Positions 50,033 through 59,768 of a DNA stretch of 64,000 nucleotides are shown in pieces (positions within the stretch are counted from its first letter, which is position 1; each line of letters begins with the position of its first letter). This DNA comes from Clostridia bacterium (GTDB lineage Bacteria; Bacillota; Clostridia; TANB77; UBA1234). A program made the translations under genes and the position numbers. The stretch spans positions 4,277-68,276 of the forward strand of contig JAFTQC010000069.1 in NCBI GenBank assembly GCA_017462965.1, in the 5' to 3' direction. The notes under the pieces were generated by a model. That model saw nothing but the letters and a program-made list of their open reading frames with translations. It was not told where the DNA came from and ran no database searches.

Positions 50033-50270
50033 ACCTCCAATTTAATAGTGTTGAAGTTTTGTTTTGCAAAGTTATTCACCATGCACATATTATTATAGCA
50101 TAATTTACATAAAAAGTAAATATAAATGGCAATATATGGTAATATTTGTTTTAATGATAGTTATAAGATTTATTAATATTTGCCAAGAAAATACAAAAAA
50201 ATTGACAATTGTTTCAAAGACATGTTAACATAATTATAACAATGGTTAATAGTAAAAGAGGTGATGAATT

Positions 50271-51077
50271 ATGTTTGATTTAGACAAAGAAATTGCAGAA
50301 TGGAAACAACTATTAATTGCGGGAGAAATTGATGGCGCAACATACAATGCCGCGTTACAAAAACTTGCTAAAAAAGATCAGAGAATTAAAGACCGTAAAA
50401 AGATAGTATGGGGAGATTTGTTAGTAAATTTATTAGTTTTAGGCATAATTCTTATCATCGTTTTTATGATACTATATTTTGTTAGAGGTGCTCGTGAAGA
50501 AGAAAAAAATGTCAAATATGTAAGTAGCTTGAGAGATTTGCCAGGACCTGTGCAAATTAAAACGACTGGTGGTACTGTTAAAGAAGTTGATGGAGAAAAA
50601 ATAGAAATAACATATTTGGCGGAGTATAGTATTAGCGGTAGAGTCGTTGATGTACAAGCATATGGCGGGTATGGTTTGGGGGACAAGCTTTCTCCAAGAG
50701 ACTTTGGTATGACATGGGGTTTTTTAGCAAATCCAGAAAATAATATTAATGTCAAATGGTCATCGATGGGAACTAGAAGCTTAAATTTGAGTATCAAAGA
50801 TAATAAGTGGGTAAATAGTGTGGGAGGATGGAAAAAAATAAATGAACATTTGTCTAACAACCACATTATACCAAGTGACAAAAGTGTAGAAAAATTAATA
50901 AAGAAAGTTGAAACTAATGATTATATAAAACTAGATGGATATCTAGTGAAAATTTATAGTAATACTGATGATGGGGGATTTTTCAAATGGGGAACTAGCT
51001 TGTCACGAACTGATCAGGGAGATGGAGCATGTGAAGTTATTTATGTAACTGACATAGCGTGGCTTATGGAAAAGTAA
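50271..51077 (+). CDS. hypothetical membrane-anchored protein (268 aa)
   Basis: One TM helix after an N-terminal helical segment. No motif. Confidence 0.45.
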   Translation: MFDLDKEIAEWKQLLIAGEIDGATYNAALQKLAKKDQRIKDRKKIVWGDLLVNLLVLGIILIIVFMILYFVRGAREEEKNVKYVSSLRDLPGPVQIKTTGGTVKEVDGEKIEITYLAEYSISGRVVDVQAYGGYGLGDKLSPRDFGMTWGFLANPENNINVKWSSMGTRSLNLSIKDNKWVNSVGGWKKINEHLSNNHIIPSDKSVEKLIKKVETNDYIKLDGYLVKIYSNTDDGGFFKWGTSLSRTDQGDGACEVIYVTDIAWLMEK

Positions 51078-51132
51078 AATTAAGAATATAAAAGATATGG
51101 ATGCGTATATATTACCTGAAGGAGTGATATAT

Positions 51133-51663
51133 ATGTCAAAAATTAAAATAAGAAATTATCAAATTTTAAGTGCAGTATTTGTAGCTATTTTAGGTACGAT
51201 ACTGCATTTTGTTTTTAAATGGTCTGGGAATAATCTGTTTGTTGGAGCGATAAGTGCTGTAAATGAAAGTACATGGGAGCACTTGAAATTGTTATATTAT
51301 CCAATGCTTATCACAATTATTGTTGGACATTTTTATTTTGGAAAAGATATTGATAATTTTGTGTGTGCTAAAACTGTTGGAATTTTGACAGCAATGATTT
51401 TTACGGTCGTTATTTTTTATACATATACAGGTATAGTTGGTACAAATTATGCAACAATTAATATATTAATTTTTTATGTTGCTGTAGTGATTGGGGAATA
51501 TGCCTCGTATAGAATCATAATTTCAAATTTACCATGTTATAAAAACGTTGCTTTAATTGTGTTAGTAGTATTGTTAGCATGCTTTGTGAAGTTTACATAT
51601 ATCACACCACAAATAGGGTTATTTAAAGATTCTGTGAGTGAAAATTATGGAATTGTAGATTAA
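51133..51663 (+). CDS. hypothetical polytopic membrane protein
   Basis: RBS gaaggag 8 nt before the ATG at 51133. Five or more hydrophobic helices. Confidence 0.45.
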   Translation: MSKIKIRNYQILSAVFVAILGTILHFVFKWSGNNLFVGAISAVNESTWEHLKLLYYPMLITIIVGHFYFGKDIDNFVCAKTVGILTAMIFTVVIFYTYTGIVGTNYATINILIFYVAVVIGEYASYRIIISNLPCYKNVALIVLVVLLACFVKFTYITPQIGLFKDSVSENYGIVD

Positions 51664-51713
51664 TTTATTGTGTTATGATAAAATGATAAAAAAAATATAT
51701 AGGAGTGGATTAT

Positions 51714-52625
51714 ATGAAGAAAAAGATTATAGCAATCATTGCAGTGATTTTAGTAATTGCATTAGGTTTTGTTTTTGTGAAATCTATGGATAATGGTGAA
51801 ATTGAAAATCCAGAAATGGGCAATCAAGAAGTACAAAATAAGGATGCTTTGACAAAAGAAGAAATTAAAAATATGTTGGTAGCTGAGGGCGAATGGCGTC
51901 CAAGTAATGCTTACAGTGGTGATGAAGTGTCATCTTTATCAATGTTATATGGCAGTATAATTAGATACGGTGGCGGAATTACTTTTTATGAGGATGATAC
52001 GTTTTATTGTTCATTAACATGGTATGAACCTGATCAAGAGTACAACATGAATTATGGTAAATATGATATTGATACAGAAACAAAGAAAATAACGTATACA
52101 TATAATTCTGGGAAAGTTATGCAAGGCGCATATGAAGAAGTAGATGGCGTTGTTACTAAGATTATCTATGAGGAAGCAGATTATCTAGATGGAAATGACT
52201 ACACGATTGAATTCGATAAGAAAACTGAAGAGCAAAAGAAAGAATTAAACTTAACAAATTCATTAATGTCATCAAGCTGGGTTCCAACATCAGCAAGTGC
52301 GAATGGGGAAGCTGTTGAACTTACAACTGTATACGGCGAAAACTATATGGCGATACCAGGTATTATATTTGAAGGAATTGGAACGTTTTCTAAAGTTTAT
52401 GCTACAAATGAGTTGGAAGGAATATATGAAGTTTACGGATTTTATTGGATTGATATTGAAAACGAAACAATCACATATCAATTATCGAAAATAGAAGACA
52501 CTTCAAGAGTTGATATAACAGGAAGTTATGAAGAAGAAAATGATGAAATAACAAAGATAACATTTATTGAAAATGCAGGAACTGAAAATGAAATTGAAGT
52601 AACATTTGAACCAGTTGTGTTTTAA
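51714..52625 (+). CDS. hypothetical secreted/membrane-anchored protein (303 aa)
   Basis: Signal-anchor N-terminus. No lipobox Cys. No motif. Confidence 0.45.
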   Translation: MKKKIIAIIAVILVIALGFVFVKSMDNGEIENPEMGNQEVQNKDALTKEEIKNMLVAEGEWRPSNAYSGDEVSSLSMLYGSIIRYGGGITFYEDDTFYCSLTWYEPDQEYNMNYGKYDIDTETKKITYTYNSGKVMQGAYEEVDGVVTKIIYEEADYLDGNDYTIEFDKKTEEQKKELNLTNSLMSSSWVPTSASANGEAVELTTVYGENYMAIPGIIFEGIGTFSKVYATNELEGIYEVYGFYWIDIENETITYQLSKIEDTSRVDITGSYEEENDEITKITFIENAGTENEIEVTFEPVVF

Positions 52626-52631
52626 TAATTT

Positions 52632-52664
52632 TGTGGACAAATGGGACGGAGAAAATTGTCCACA
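52632..52664. repeat. B-module hairpin (tgtggacaaatgggacggagaaaattgtccaca) between two genes, no T-run
   Basis: 9-bp stem with GGGACGG in the loop, directly upstream of the arsC-like RBS. Confidence 0.8.
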
Positions 52665-52676
52665 CTAGGAGGCAAA

Positions 52677-53039
52677 ATGAAGAAGGTATTATTTGTTGAA
52701 TATCCAAAGTGTACAACATGCCAAAAAGCGAAAAAGTGGTTAATAGATCATGGTATTGAATTTGAAGATAGACATATTGTCGAGCAAAATCCAAGTGCGA
52801 GCGAATTACGTAAATGGCTTAAGTTAAGCGGATTAGAAACGAAAAAGTTTTTTAATACGAGTGGGCTTAAATATAAAGAACTTGGACTTAAAGATAAGCT
52901 TGCCACGATGAGTGATGAAGAAAAAATAGAATTGCTATCAAGCGATGGAATGCTTGTGAAGAGACCACTAGTTGTTATAGATGGCGAAGATGTATTAGTT
53001 GGATTTAAGGAAAAAGAGTGGGAAGTGAAGTTGAAATAA
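52677..53039 (+). CDS. ArsC/Spx-family thioredoxin-fold protein
   Basis: KVLFVEYPKCTTCQKAKKWL...RH CxxC-type N-terminus of the ArsC/Spx/YffB family. Confidence 0.7.
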   Translation: MKKVLFVEYPKCTTCQKAKKWLIDHGIEFEDRHIVEQNPSASELRKWLKLSGLETKKFFNTSGLKYKELGLKDKLATMSDEEKIELLSSDGMLVKRPLVVIDGEDVLVGFKEKEWEVKLK

Positions 53040-53041
53040 TA

Positions 53042-54091
53042 ATGAACATAAAAGATTATGGTTTGAAAGAAGAAAAACTGTTAAACAAAACTGTTGGGAT
53101 TCCTGCGAGAGTTATAACTACATACAGAGAGCGCTATGAAGTTGTTTGTGATAATGGAAAAACATTTGCGCAAATTAAAAGAGGAAGCTATTATGATAAT
53201 CCAAATGCAATATATCCGACTATAGGAGATTTTGTCATGATTGAATGGAATGATAGTGGAGATAGCATGATACTTGAAACTTTGAAGCGAGACAGCTCGT
53301 TTTCAAGAGTTTCATCTACAGCTGACAGAAATCATGAAAAGCATCATCAACACGAACAACTTGTTGCAGCAAATTTTGATTATGTATTTATAATGCAATC
53401 GCTTAATGATAATTTCAATGTTCGAAGAATCGAAAGATATTTAAGCTTAGCTTGGGAATCTGGTGCGATGCCGGTAATAGTTTTGACAAAACGAGATTTG
53501 GTTCCTAACTATCTTGAATATGTAAGTGAGGTTGAAAGTGTTGCAATAGGTGTAGATGTGCATGCAGTTAGCTGTATGGATGGAGCAGGGCTTGAAGAAT
53601 TAAATAAATACTTTGCTGCTGGAAAAACTGTTGTATTCTTGGGTTCATCCGGTGTTGGAAAATCAACACTTGTGAATACGCTGATGGGTGAAGAAGTAAT
53701 GACGACAGGAGAAATACGTGAAGAGGATTCAAGAGGAAGACATACAACAACAGTAAGGCAACTAATTATGCTACCAACAGGAGCTATGGTAATAGATACC
53801 CCAGGAATGCGTGAACTTGGAATGTGGGCATGCGACGAAGGTTTAGAAAAAACATTTTCAGATGTGGAACAATATTTAGGAAGGTGTAAATTTTCAGACT
53901 GTACACATACAAGCGAACCAGGATGCAAAATATTAGAAGCAATTGAAATTGGAGAGCTGTCGCGAGAAAGATATAACGCATATTTGAAACTAAAAAATGA
54001 AGCGATGTATAACAACGATAGTGAAGGATATTTAAAGGCGAAAAATGAAAAATTCAAAGAGATATCTAAAATAAATAGAAAGAGAAAATAG
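53042..54091 (+). CDS. rsgA: ribosome small-subunit-dependent GTPase A
   Basis: OB-fold N-terminus, circularly permuted GTPase (G4 LTKRDL before G1 GSSGVGKST), C-terminal Zn-finger C.FSDCTHTSEPGC. Confidence 0.85.
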   Translation: MNIKDYGLKEEKLLNKTVGIPARVITTYRERYEVVCDNGKTFAQIKRGSYYDNPNAIYPTIGDFVMIEWNDSGDSMILETLKRDSSFSRVSSTADRNHEKHHQHEQLVAANFDYVFIMQSLNDNFNVRRIERYLSLAWESGAMPVIVLTKRDLVPNYLEYVSEVESVAIGVDVHAVSCMDGAGLEELNKYFAAGKTVVFLGSSGVGKSTLVNTLMGEEVMTTGEIREEDSRGRHTTTVRQLIMLPTGAMVIDTPGMRELGMWACDEGLEKTFSDVEQYLGRCKFSDCTHTSEPGCKILEAIEIGELSRERYNAYLKLKNEAMYNNDSEGYLKAKNEKFKEISKINRKRK

Positions 54092-54216
54092 GGCGAGATT
54101 AAATCTTGCTCTTTTTTTGTCACCTTTTTAAAATTGACTAATAGCAGGAAGCGTTGTATAATGCAGGAAAAACGGTGTAAAAAGGGGCAAACTAATAATT
54201 TAGGAGGTATCATCGA

Positions 54217-55305
54217 ATGAGGACGGAGCGGAACATCCTGGTAGCATTCTTGCTGAATGCGTTTTTCTCGGTATTTGAATTGATTGGAGGTATCTTCACT
54301 GGAAGTGTTGCGATTGTTTCAGATGCTGTGCACGACCTGGGCGATGCGCTGAGCATTGGGCTTGCGTACGTGCTTGAAAAGAAGAGCAAGAAGCAGCCGG
54401 ACGGTCAATACACGTATGGTTATGCAAGGTATTCGGTCTTGGGAGCGCTCATTACCAGTACGATTCTGATTGTCGGTTCAGCGTTTGTCATCGCAAATGC
54501 CATTAATCGCATTATCAATCCTGTCGCAATCAATTATGACGGAATGATTATCTTTGCAATTATTGGTGCGAGCGTGAACTTCTTGGCAGCATACTTCACA
54601 CGTGAAGGCGATTCACTCAATCAAAAAGCCGTCAACTTGCATATGCTTGAGGATGTTTTAGGATGGGTAGTTGTCTTAATCGGAGCTGTAACAATGAAGC
54701 TTACCGACTTTGGCATTATCGACCCTGTACTTTCGATTCTCGTCGCAATCTTCATCATGGTAAATGCGCTGAAATCTTATAGGGCGATTCTGGACCTGTT
54801 CTTAGAGAAAATGCCGGCTGGATTTGACATTGAGCGAGTAAGGAAAACCTTGACTGAAGTCGAAGGCGTAAGCGATGTTCACCACATTCACATTTGGAGT
54901 ATGGATGGAATGAGCAACTACGCGACCATGCATGTAGTTTCGGATTCTGACGATGTGGTGCTTTTGAAGCAGACAGTTAGGGGAAAACTGAAAGAACTGG
55001 GTATAAGCCATGTCACACTTGAGATTGAAGGTGCAACTGAAGAATGTGCTGAAAAAGAATGTAATGTTGAAGTGACAACGCATGCACATGGTCATCATCA
55101 CCACCACCATCATCACGGCCATTCGCATACAGGGCATAATGGGCAGTGTGGCTGTCATGAGCATCACCACGACAAACTGATACATTTCAAAGGTGAAACG
55201 AGCTGCAGTTGTTGTTCCACAAAATATAAGAAAATCCCGACGTGGGACCGGCAGGGAAAACATAAGAATCTGTGGTATGACCCGACGAAAAATTCCAAAG
55301 AGTAA
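54217..55305 (+). CDS. cation diffusion facilitator (CDF) family metal exporter with His-rich C-terminal tail
   Basis: Six TM helices, HDLGD motif, cytoplasmic domain, tail HAHGHHHHHHHHGHSHTGHNGQCGCHEHHHD. GC-richer than flanks. Confidence 0.85.
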   Translation: MRTERNILVAFLLNAFFSVFELIGGIFTGSVAIVSDAVHDLGDALSIGLAYVLEKKSKKQPDGQYTYGYARYSVLGALITSTILIVGSAFVIANAINRIINPVAINYDGMIIFAIIGASVNFLAAYFTREGDSLNQKAVNLHMLEDVLGWVVVLIGAVTMKLTDFGIIDPVLSILVAIFIMVNALKSYRAILDLFLEKMPAGFDIERVRKTLTEVEGVSDVHHIHIWSMDGMSNYATMHVVSDSDDVVLLKQTVRGKLKELGISHVTLEIEGATEECAEKECNVEVTTHAHGHHHHHHHHGHSHTGHNGQCGCHEHHHDKLIHFKGETSCSCCSTKYKKIPTWDRQGKHKNLWYDPTKNSKE

Positions 55306-55463
55306 AAATGAATATTTGACTCAAAACACAATATCCCTTAGCTTCGCTGGGGGATATTTTTGTGCCATTTTACATCCGGTATTTGTATGCAAGTCAATAT
55401 TGAAGCAAAGGTACAGCTGTGATATATTTAAATGAGGAAATCGATGCGAAAGGAGCGAATAAA

Positions 55464-55775
55464 ATGCGTGTTTACAATAAATTGGTTAGAGATAAAATCC
55501 CAGAAATAATTGAAGAGAAAGGCGAGAATCCTGTAACAAGAGTTTTGAATGAAGAAGAATATTTAAACGAGCTTAACATAAAACTTCAAGAAGAAGTAAA
55601 CGAATACCTTGCAGATGGAAACGTTGAAGAATTGGCGGATGTGGTCGAAGTGATATATGGTTTGCTAGATGCGAAGGGAGTATCGCTTGAAGAATTTGAG
55701 AAAATCAGGACGGGAAAAGTAGAAAAACGTGGAGCATTCAAAGATAGAATATATTTAGAAAAGGTGGAAGAATAA
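55464..55775 (+). CDS. MazG-like nucleoside triphosphate pyrophosphohydrolase domain protein
   Basis: MRVYNKLVRDKIPEII....EE..EEL.D N-terminal pattern of the small house-cleaning MazG-like family. RBS aaggag. Confidence 0.65.
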   Translation: MRVYNKLVRDKIPEIIEEKGENPVTRVLNEEEYLNELNIKLQEEVNEYLADGNVEELADVVEVIYGLLDAKGVSLEEFEKIRTGKVEKRGAFKDRIYLEKVEE

Positions 55776-55795
55776 ATATTTAAGGAGGAAAAGGT

Positions 55796-56203
55796 ATGAA
55801 AATAGCAGTAACTTATGAAAATGGAGAAATATTTCAACATTTTGGACATTCACAACAATTTAAAATATATGAAATTGATGAAGAAAAAATAGTTAATGAA
55901 AAAATAATAAATACAAACGGAAGTGGACATGGATTATTAGGTGAGCTTCTAATATCTGAATGTGTCAACATTTTAATATGTGGAGGTCTTGGAAGCGGAG
56001 CGAGAAATATTTTAGAAGAGAATAATATAAAAGTATATCCTGGTGTTACAGGAGATGCAGACGAAGCAGTTAAAGATTTTATCGTTGGAAAATTAAAATA
56101 TGATCCAAACAAAAAATGTAATCATCATGGACATAATCATGATCACGATTGTGCAACTCATGATTGCAGTAAAGATAAAGGCGGTTGTACTGGAAATAAA
56201 TAA
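55796..56203 (+). CDS. NifX/NifB-like (dinitrogenase FeMo-cofactor family fold) protein with Cys/His-rich tail
   Basis: MKIAVTYENGEIFQHFGHSQQFKIYEIDE...ILICGGLGSGAR pattern. Tail CNHHGHNHDHDCATHDCS..GGC. Confidence 0.6.
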   Translation: MKIAVTYENGEIFQHFGHSQQFKIYEIDEEKIVNEKIINTNGSGHGLLGELLISECVNILICGGLGSGARNILEENNIKVYPGVTGDADEAVKDFIVGKLKYDPNKKCNHHGHNHDHDCATHDCSKDKGGCTGNK

Positions 56204-56220
56204 AAAGAGGAGAAATGAAA

Positions 56221-56628
56221 ATGTCTAATAGAATGAATAAAGAAGAATTAATAGCTTTAATGAACACATTAAAAATTGACAAAGAAGAATTTTGGGTTTT
56301 ATCGTCTGGTGGGTTAGTTTTAAGAGGAATATATGAAAACGCTGGAGATTTAGATATTGCTGTAACATTTAAAGGATTAGAACAGCTAAAAGAAAATTAT
56401 GAATTAGTAGAAAAAGAAAACGGCTGGTACATCGTAAATGATAAAGTTGAATGCGTTTGTGATGGAAAGTTTGAAGATTTAAAATATAAGCCAGAAAAAT
56501 TAGAGAATGGTTATATGGTTCAAAACATATTTGAATATTTAGAATATTTAAAATCGAGTTCAAGAGAGAAAGATAAGGCGAGAATTCCGATAGTGGAAGG
56601 GTATATAGAAAATTTGAATAGGTTATAA
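56221..56628 (+). CDS. hypothetical protein (135 aa)
   Basis: RBS agaggag 9 nt before the ATG at 56221. Confidence 0.4.
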   Translation: MSNRMNKEELIALMNTLKIDKEEFWVLSSGGLVLRGIYENAGDLDIAVTFKGLEQLKENYELVEKENGWYIVNDKVECVCDGKFEDLKYKPEKLENGYMVQNIFEYLEYLKSSSREKDKARIPIVEGYIENLNRL

Positions 56629-56643
56629 TACGAAGAGGTAGTT

Positions 56644-57369
56644 ATGTTTAATTTTGGTAAAAATATAATTTCCAAATACTATAAAAATATAGTAAAAGAA
56701 ACTAAAAAAGACAAACAATTTTTATATGGGATTAATCCTAAATACAAAAATCAAGAAAATACATTGTTAGAAATGTTTGGCAAATGTGACTCATTTAACA
56801 AGAAAATTCAAATACTTATTATAGCTGATACCCATGGTTGTTTAAAAGAAGATGAATTTCATCAATTTATGATGGAACACAAAGAATATGACGTATGTTT
56901 ATTACTTGGCGACCATAGTATTGGAGATGTAAATACAATCCTCAAATATGTAAACAAAGAAAAAATATATGCTTTACTTGGAAATCATGATTATAATTAT
57001 ATTGATAAATTCAACTTGAAAAATTTAAATGGTGAAATTATCGATATAAATGGAGTAAAATTATTAGGAATTCAAGGAAGTTATAAATATAAAACGGATG
57101 ATTTCCCTTCGTTTACACAAAAAGAGAGCATAGAGTTTTTGAATGATAAAGAAAAAGTAGATATATTAGTAAGTCATGATGCTCCATATGGATTAAGTGA
57201 TATAAATGATGTTGCACATCAAGGTTTATTTGGAATTTTGTATTACTTGTTTAAGAATAAAGTACCATACTGCGTACATGGACATTTACATACACCATAT
57301 AAAAGAGAAATGATAAATGGAACAAAGGTTAATTGCTATAATATGTGTGATTATGTAGAGTTAAAATAA
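56644..57369 (+). CDS. metallophosphoesterase (calcineurin-like phosphoesterase)
   Basis: ILIIADTHGC, LLGDHSIGD, GNHD, ..HGHLH motifs. Confidence 0.7.
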   Translation: MFNFGKNIISKYYKNIVKETKKDKQFLYGINPKYKNQENTLLEMFGKCDSFNKKIQILIIADTHGCLKEDEFHQFMMEHKEYDVCLLLGDHSIGDVNTILKYVNKEKIYALLGNHDYNYIDKFNLKNLNGEIIDINGVKLLGIQGSYKYKTDDFPSFTQKESIEFLNDKEKVDILVSHDAPYGLSDINDVAHQGLFGILYYLFKNKVPYCVHGHLHTPYKREMINGTKVNCYNMCDYVELK

Positions 57370-57973
57370 ATAAAGAATTTGCAAAAGAAGTATGTCTGTA
57401 AAAGGATATACTTTTTTGTTTTTGGTAATTGTTCGATAGAACACTGACCTAGAAGGACAGTTCTTTTCAAAATTGTGGAGTTGGTTGATATGACTGGATT
57501 TGCTAGAGTGTGAGGTGCTTTCGAATTTAGAGAGGTCGGAGAATGTGTGGAGTTTGAAGCGATTTTCAGTCATTGGTTAGTCTTTTTGGGTGATGTGGTT
57601 GAAAGTGTTGGTGTTCAGTCATTTGTGGGGGATGGTTAGTCTTTAATTTGGGTGATTTTTTGAGTGGGTTTTGGTGAGTTTTGGGGAGCATGGAAAGAGT
57701 GGCACGGAAGGTCGGATGCGATATATATGTAAATCAAACAAAAGAATACAGTATAAGGAGTTTAAAATATAATTTATACAGGAAAATATGAATAAATTAG
57801 TATTCTAATGTCTTTATAGATGATATTTAGGAAAATGATTATGTAATTTGTAGTTTTTCTTTTACGATAGAATGAGATACACTAAATTTAGTATTCATAT
57901 GGAAAAAATAATACAATATATGATATAATAAAACACGAAAAGTACTATACAAAAGAAAGAAGAGGTTATTTTA

Positions 57974-58705
57974 ATGTCAAAAATAGAATTATTTAATGAT
58001 GACTGTATGAAAGCAATGCAAAGTATTCAGTCTGATTCTATAGATTTACTGTTAACAGATCCACCATATAATTTGGGGAATTTTATGAAAAATAGAGATA
58101 CAAATTTAAAAAAAATGCGTACCAATTTCTTTGGTGATGCAGGGTGGGATAATTTGGAATTTGAAGAATGGAAAAAAACAATTAATAGTTTTTTTAAAGA
58201 AGCATCGAGAGTGATGAAAATTGGTGGAGCAGCAATTGTATTTATGTCGGCCATAAAAGTTGAAACGGTAATTGAGATAGCAGAAAGTTATGGCTTTTAT
58301 TATAAAACAACAGGAATATGGCATAAGCTTAATCCAATGCCAAGAAATATGAATTTACATTTCGTAAATTCGACAGAATCATGGATTTATTTTATTTATA
58401 AAAAGAAAACAGGAACTTTTAACAATCAATCAAAACTTATACATGATTTTGTTGAAACTTCTGTAGTACCATTAAAAGAAAAAAAATTTGGAAAACATCC
58501 AACACAAAAACCAGAATGTTTAATGAATCATTTTATAGGATTACTTTCAAATGAAGGTGATGTTGTTTTAGATCCTTTTATGGGAAGTGGGACAACAGGT
58601 GTAGTTGCACAACAAATGAATAGAGATTTTATAGGTATAGAATTAGATAACGAATATTATGATATTGCAAAGAAAAGGATAGATGAATATGGAAACAAAA
58701 CCTAA
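57974..58705 (+). CDS. DNA methyltransferase, amino-MTase beta class (N6-adenine or N4-cytosine), R-M subunit M1
   Basis: Motif IV DPPYN near the N-terminus and motif I LDPFMGSGTTGV near the C-terminus (beta-class order). Confidence 0.8.
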   Translation: MSKIELFNDDCMKAMQSIQSDSIDLLLTDPPYNLGNFMKNRDTNLKKMRTNFFGDAGWDNLEFEEWKKTINSFFKEASRVMKIGGAAIVFMSAIKVETVIEIAESYGFYYKTTGIWHKLNPMPRNMNLHFVNSTESWIYFIYKKKTGTFNNQSKLIHDFVETSVVPLKEKKFGKHPTQKPECLMNHFIGLLSNEGDVVLDPFMGSGTTGVVAQQMNRDFIGIELDNEYYDIAKKRIDEYGNKT

Positions 58706-59768
58706 AGTTATTGACTTGTTTGCAGGAGTAGGTGGATTGTCATTAGGATTTGAAAATGCAGGGTTTAACGTGGTATTTGCAAATGAATATGACAGTGATA
58801 TTGCGAATGCGTATAAAGTAAATCATCGAACGACTGAAATGCTTATTGGGGATATAACTAAAATATCTATTAAAGATACTTTTGAAAAATATAAAGATAA
58901 TATAGATGTGATTATTGGTGGTCCTCCATGTCAAGGATTTTCACAAAAAGGAAAAAGATTATCAATTAATGATGAAAGAAACTTTTTATTTAAATATTAC
59001 TATGAAATTGTTAAGTTTGTACGACCAAAGTATTTTGTTATAGAAAATGTGCCCAACATACTTACTACATGCAACGGATATTTTAAGAAGCAAATTATAG
59101 AACTTTTTAATGAACAGGGGTATACGTTAAATATGGATGTCCTTAATGCTGAAAATTATGGAGTCCCACAATCGAGAAGAAGAGCTGTAATAATAGGAAA
59201 ATTAGGTAAAAATTCTGTAGCGTTGCCAGAACCTAATGAGAGAAGAGTATCTATCTGGGAAGCGATAAGCGATTTAGCATACTTGAATTCTGGTGAAGGC
59301 AGAGAAGAACAAGAGTATGTGAAAAATATAGAATCTAATTATCAGAAAATTATGCGAAATAATCAAAAAAAATTATATAATCACGTTGCAACTAAACATT
59401 CTGCTGATGCGTTAAAAAAATTAGAGTTGATTCCTCCAGAATGTGGAAAAGAATGCTTACCAAAAGAACTTTTAACTAAATCTATATATAGTGGTACTTG
59501 GACAAGAATGAATAAGGATGACGTATCGGTAACAATTACTACTAGATTTGATACTCCGTCATCTGGAAAATTTACTCATCCATTTTTGAATAGAGCGATT
59601 ACTGTTAGAGAAGCGGCAAGATTGCAATCATTTCCTGATAATTTTATTTTTTGTGGCTCGAAAACATCACAAATGAAACAAGTTGGTAATGCAGTTCCGC
59701 CTAAACTTGCACAAGCGGTTGCTGAATCAATTATGAAAGATATAGAGGGGGATAAGAAGAAAAAATGA
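58683..59768 (+). CDS. DNA (cytosine-5)-methyltransferase, R-M subunit M2
   Basis: Motif I DLFAGVGG, motif IV GGPPCQGFS, motif VI ENV, C-terminal QVGNAV. Overlaps the M1 stop. Confidence 0.9.
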   Translation: MNMETKPKVIDLFAGVGGLSLGFENAGFNVVFANEYDSDIANAYKVNHRTTEMLIGDITKISIKDTFEKYKDNIDVIIGGPPCQGFSQKGKRLSINDERNFLFKYYYEIVKFVRPKYFVIENVPNILTTCNGYFKKQIIELFNEQGYTLNMDVLNAENYGVPQSRRRAVIIGKLGKNSVALPEPNERRVSIWEAISDLAYLNSGEGREEQEYVKNIESNYQKIMRNNQKKLYNHVATKHSADALKKLELIPPECGKECLPKELLTKSIYSGTWTRMNKDDVSVTITTRFDTPSSGKFTHPFLNRAITVREAARLQSFPDNFIFCGSKTSQMKQVGNAVPPKLAQAVAESIMKDIEGDKKKK

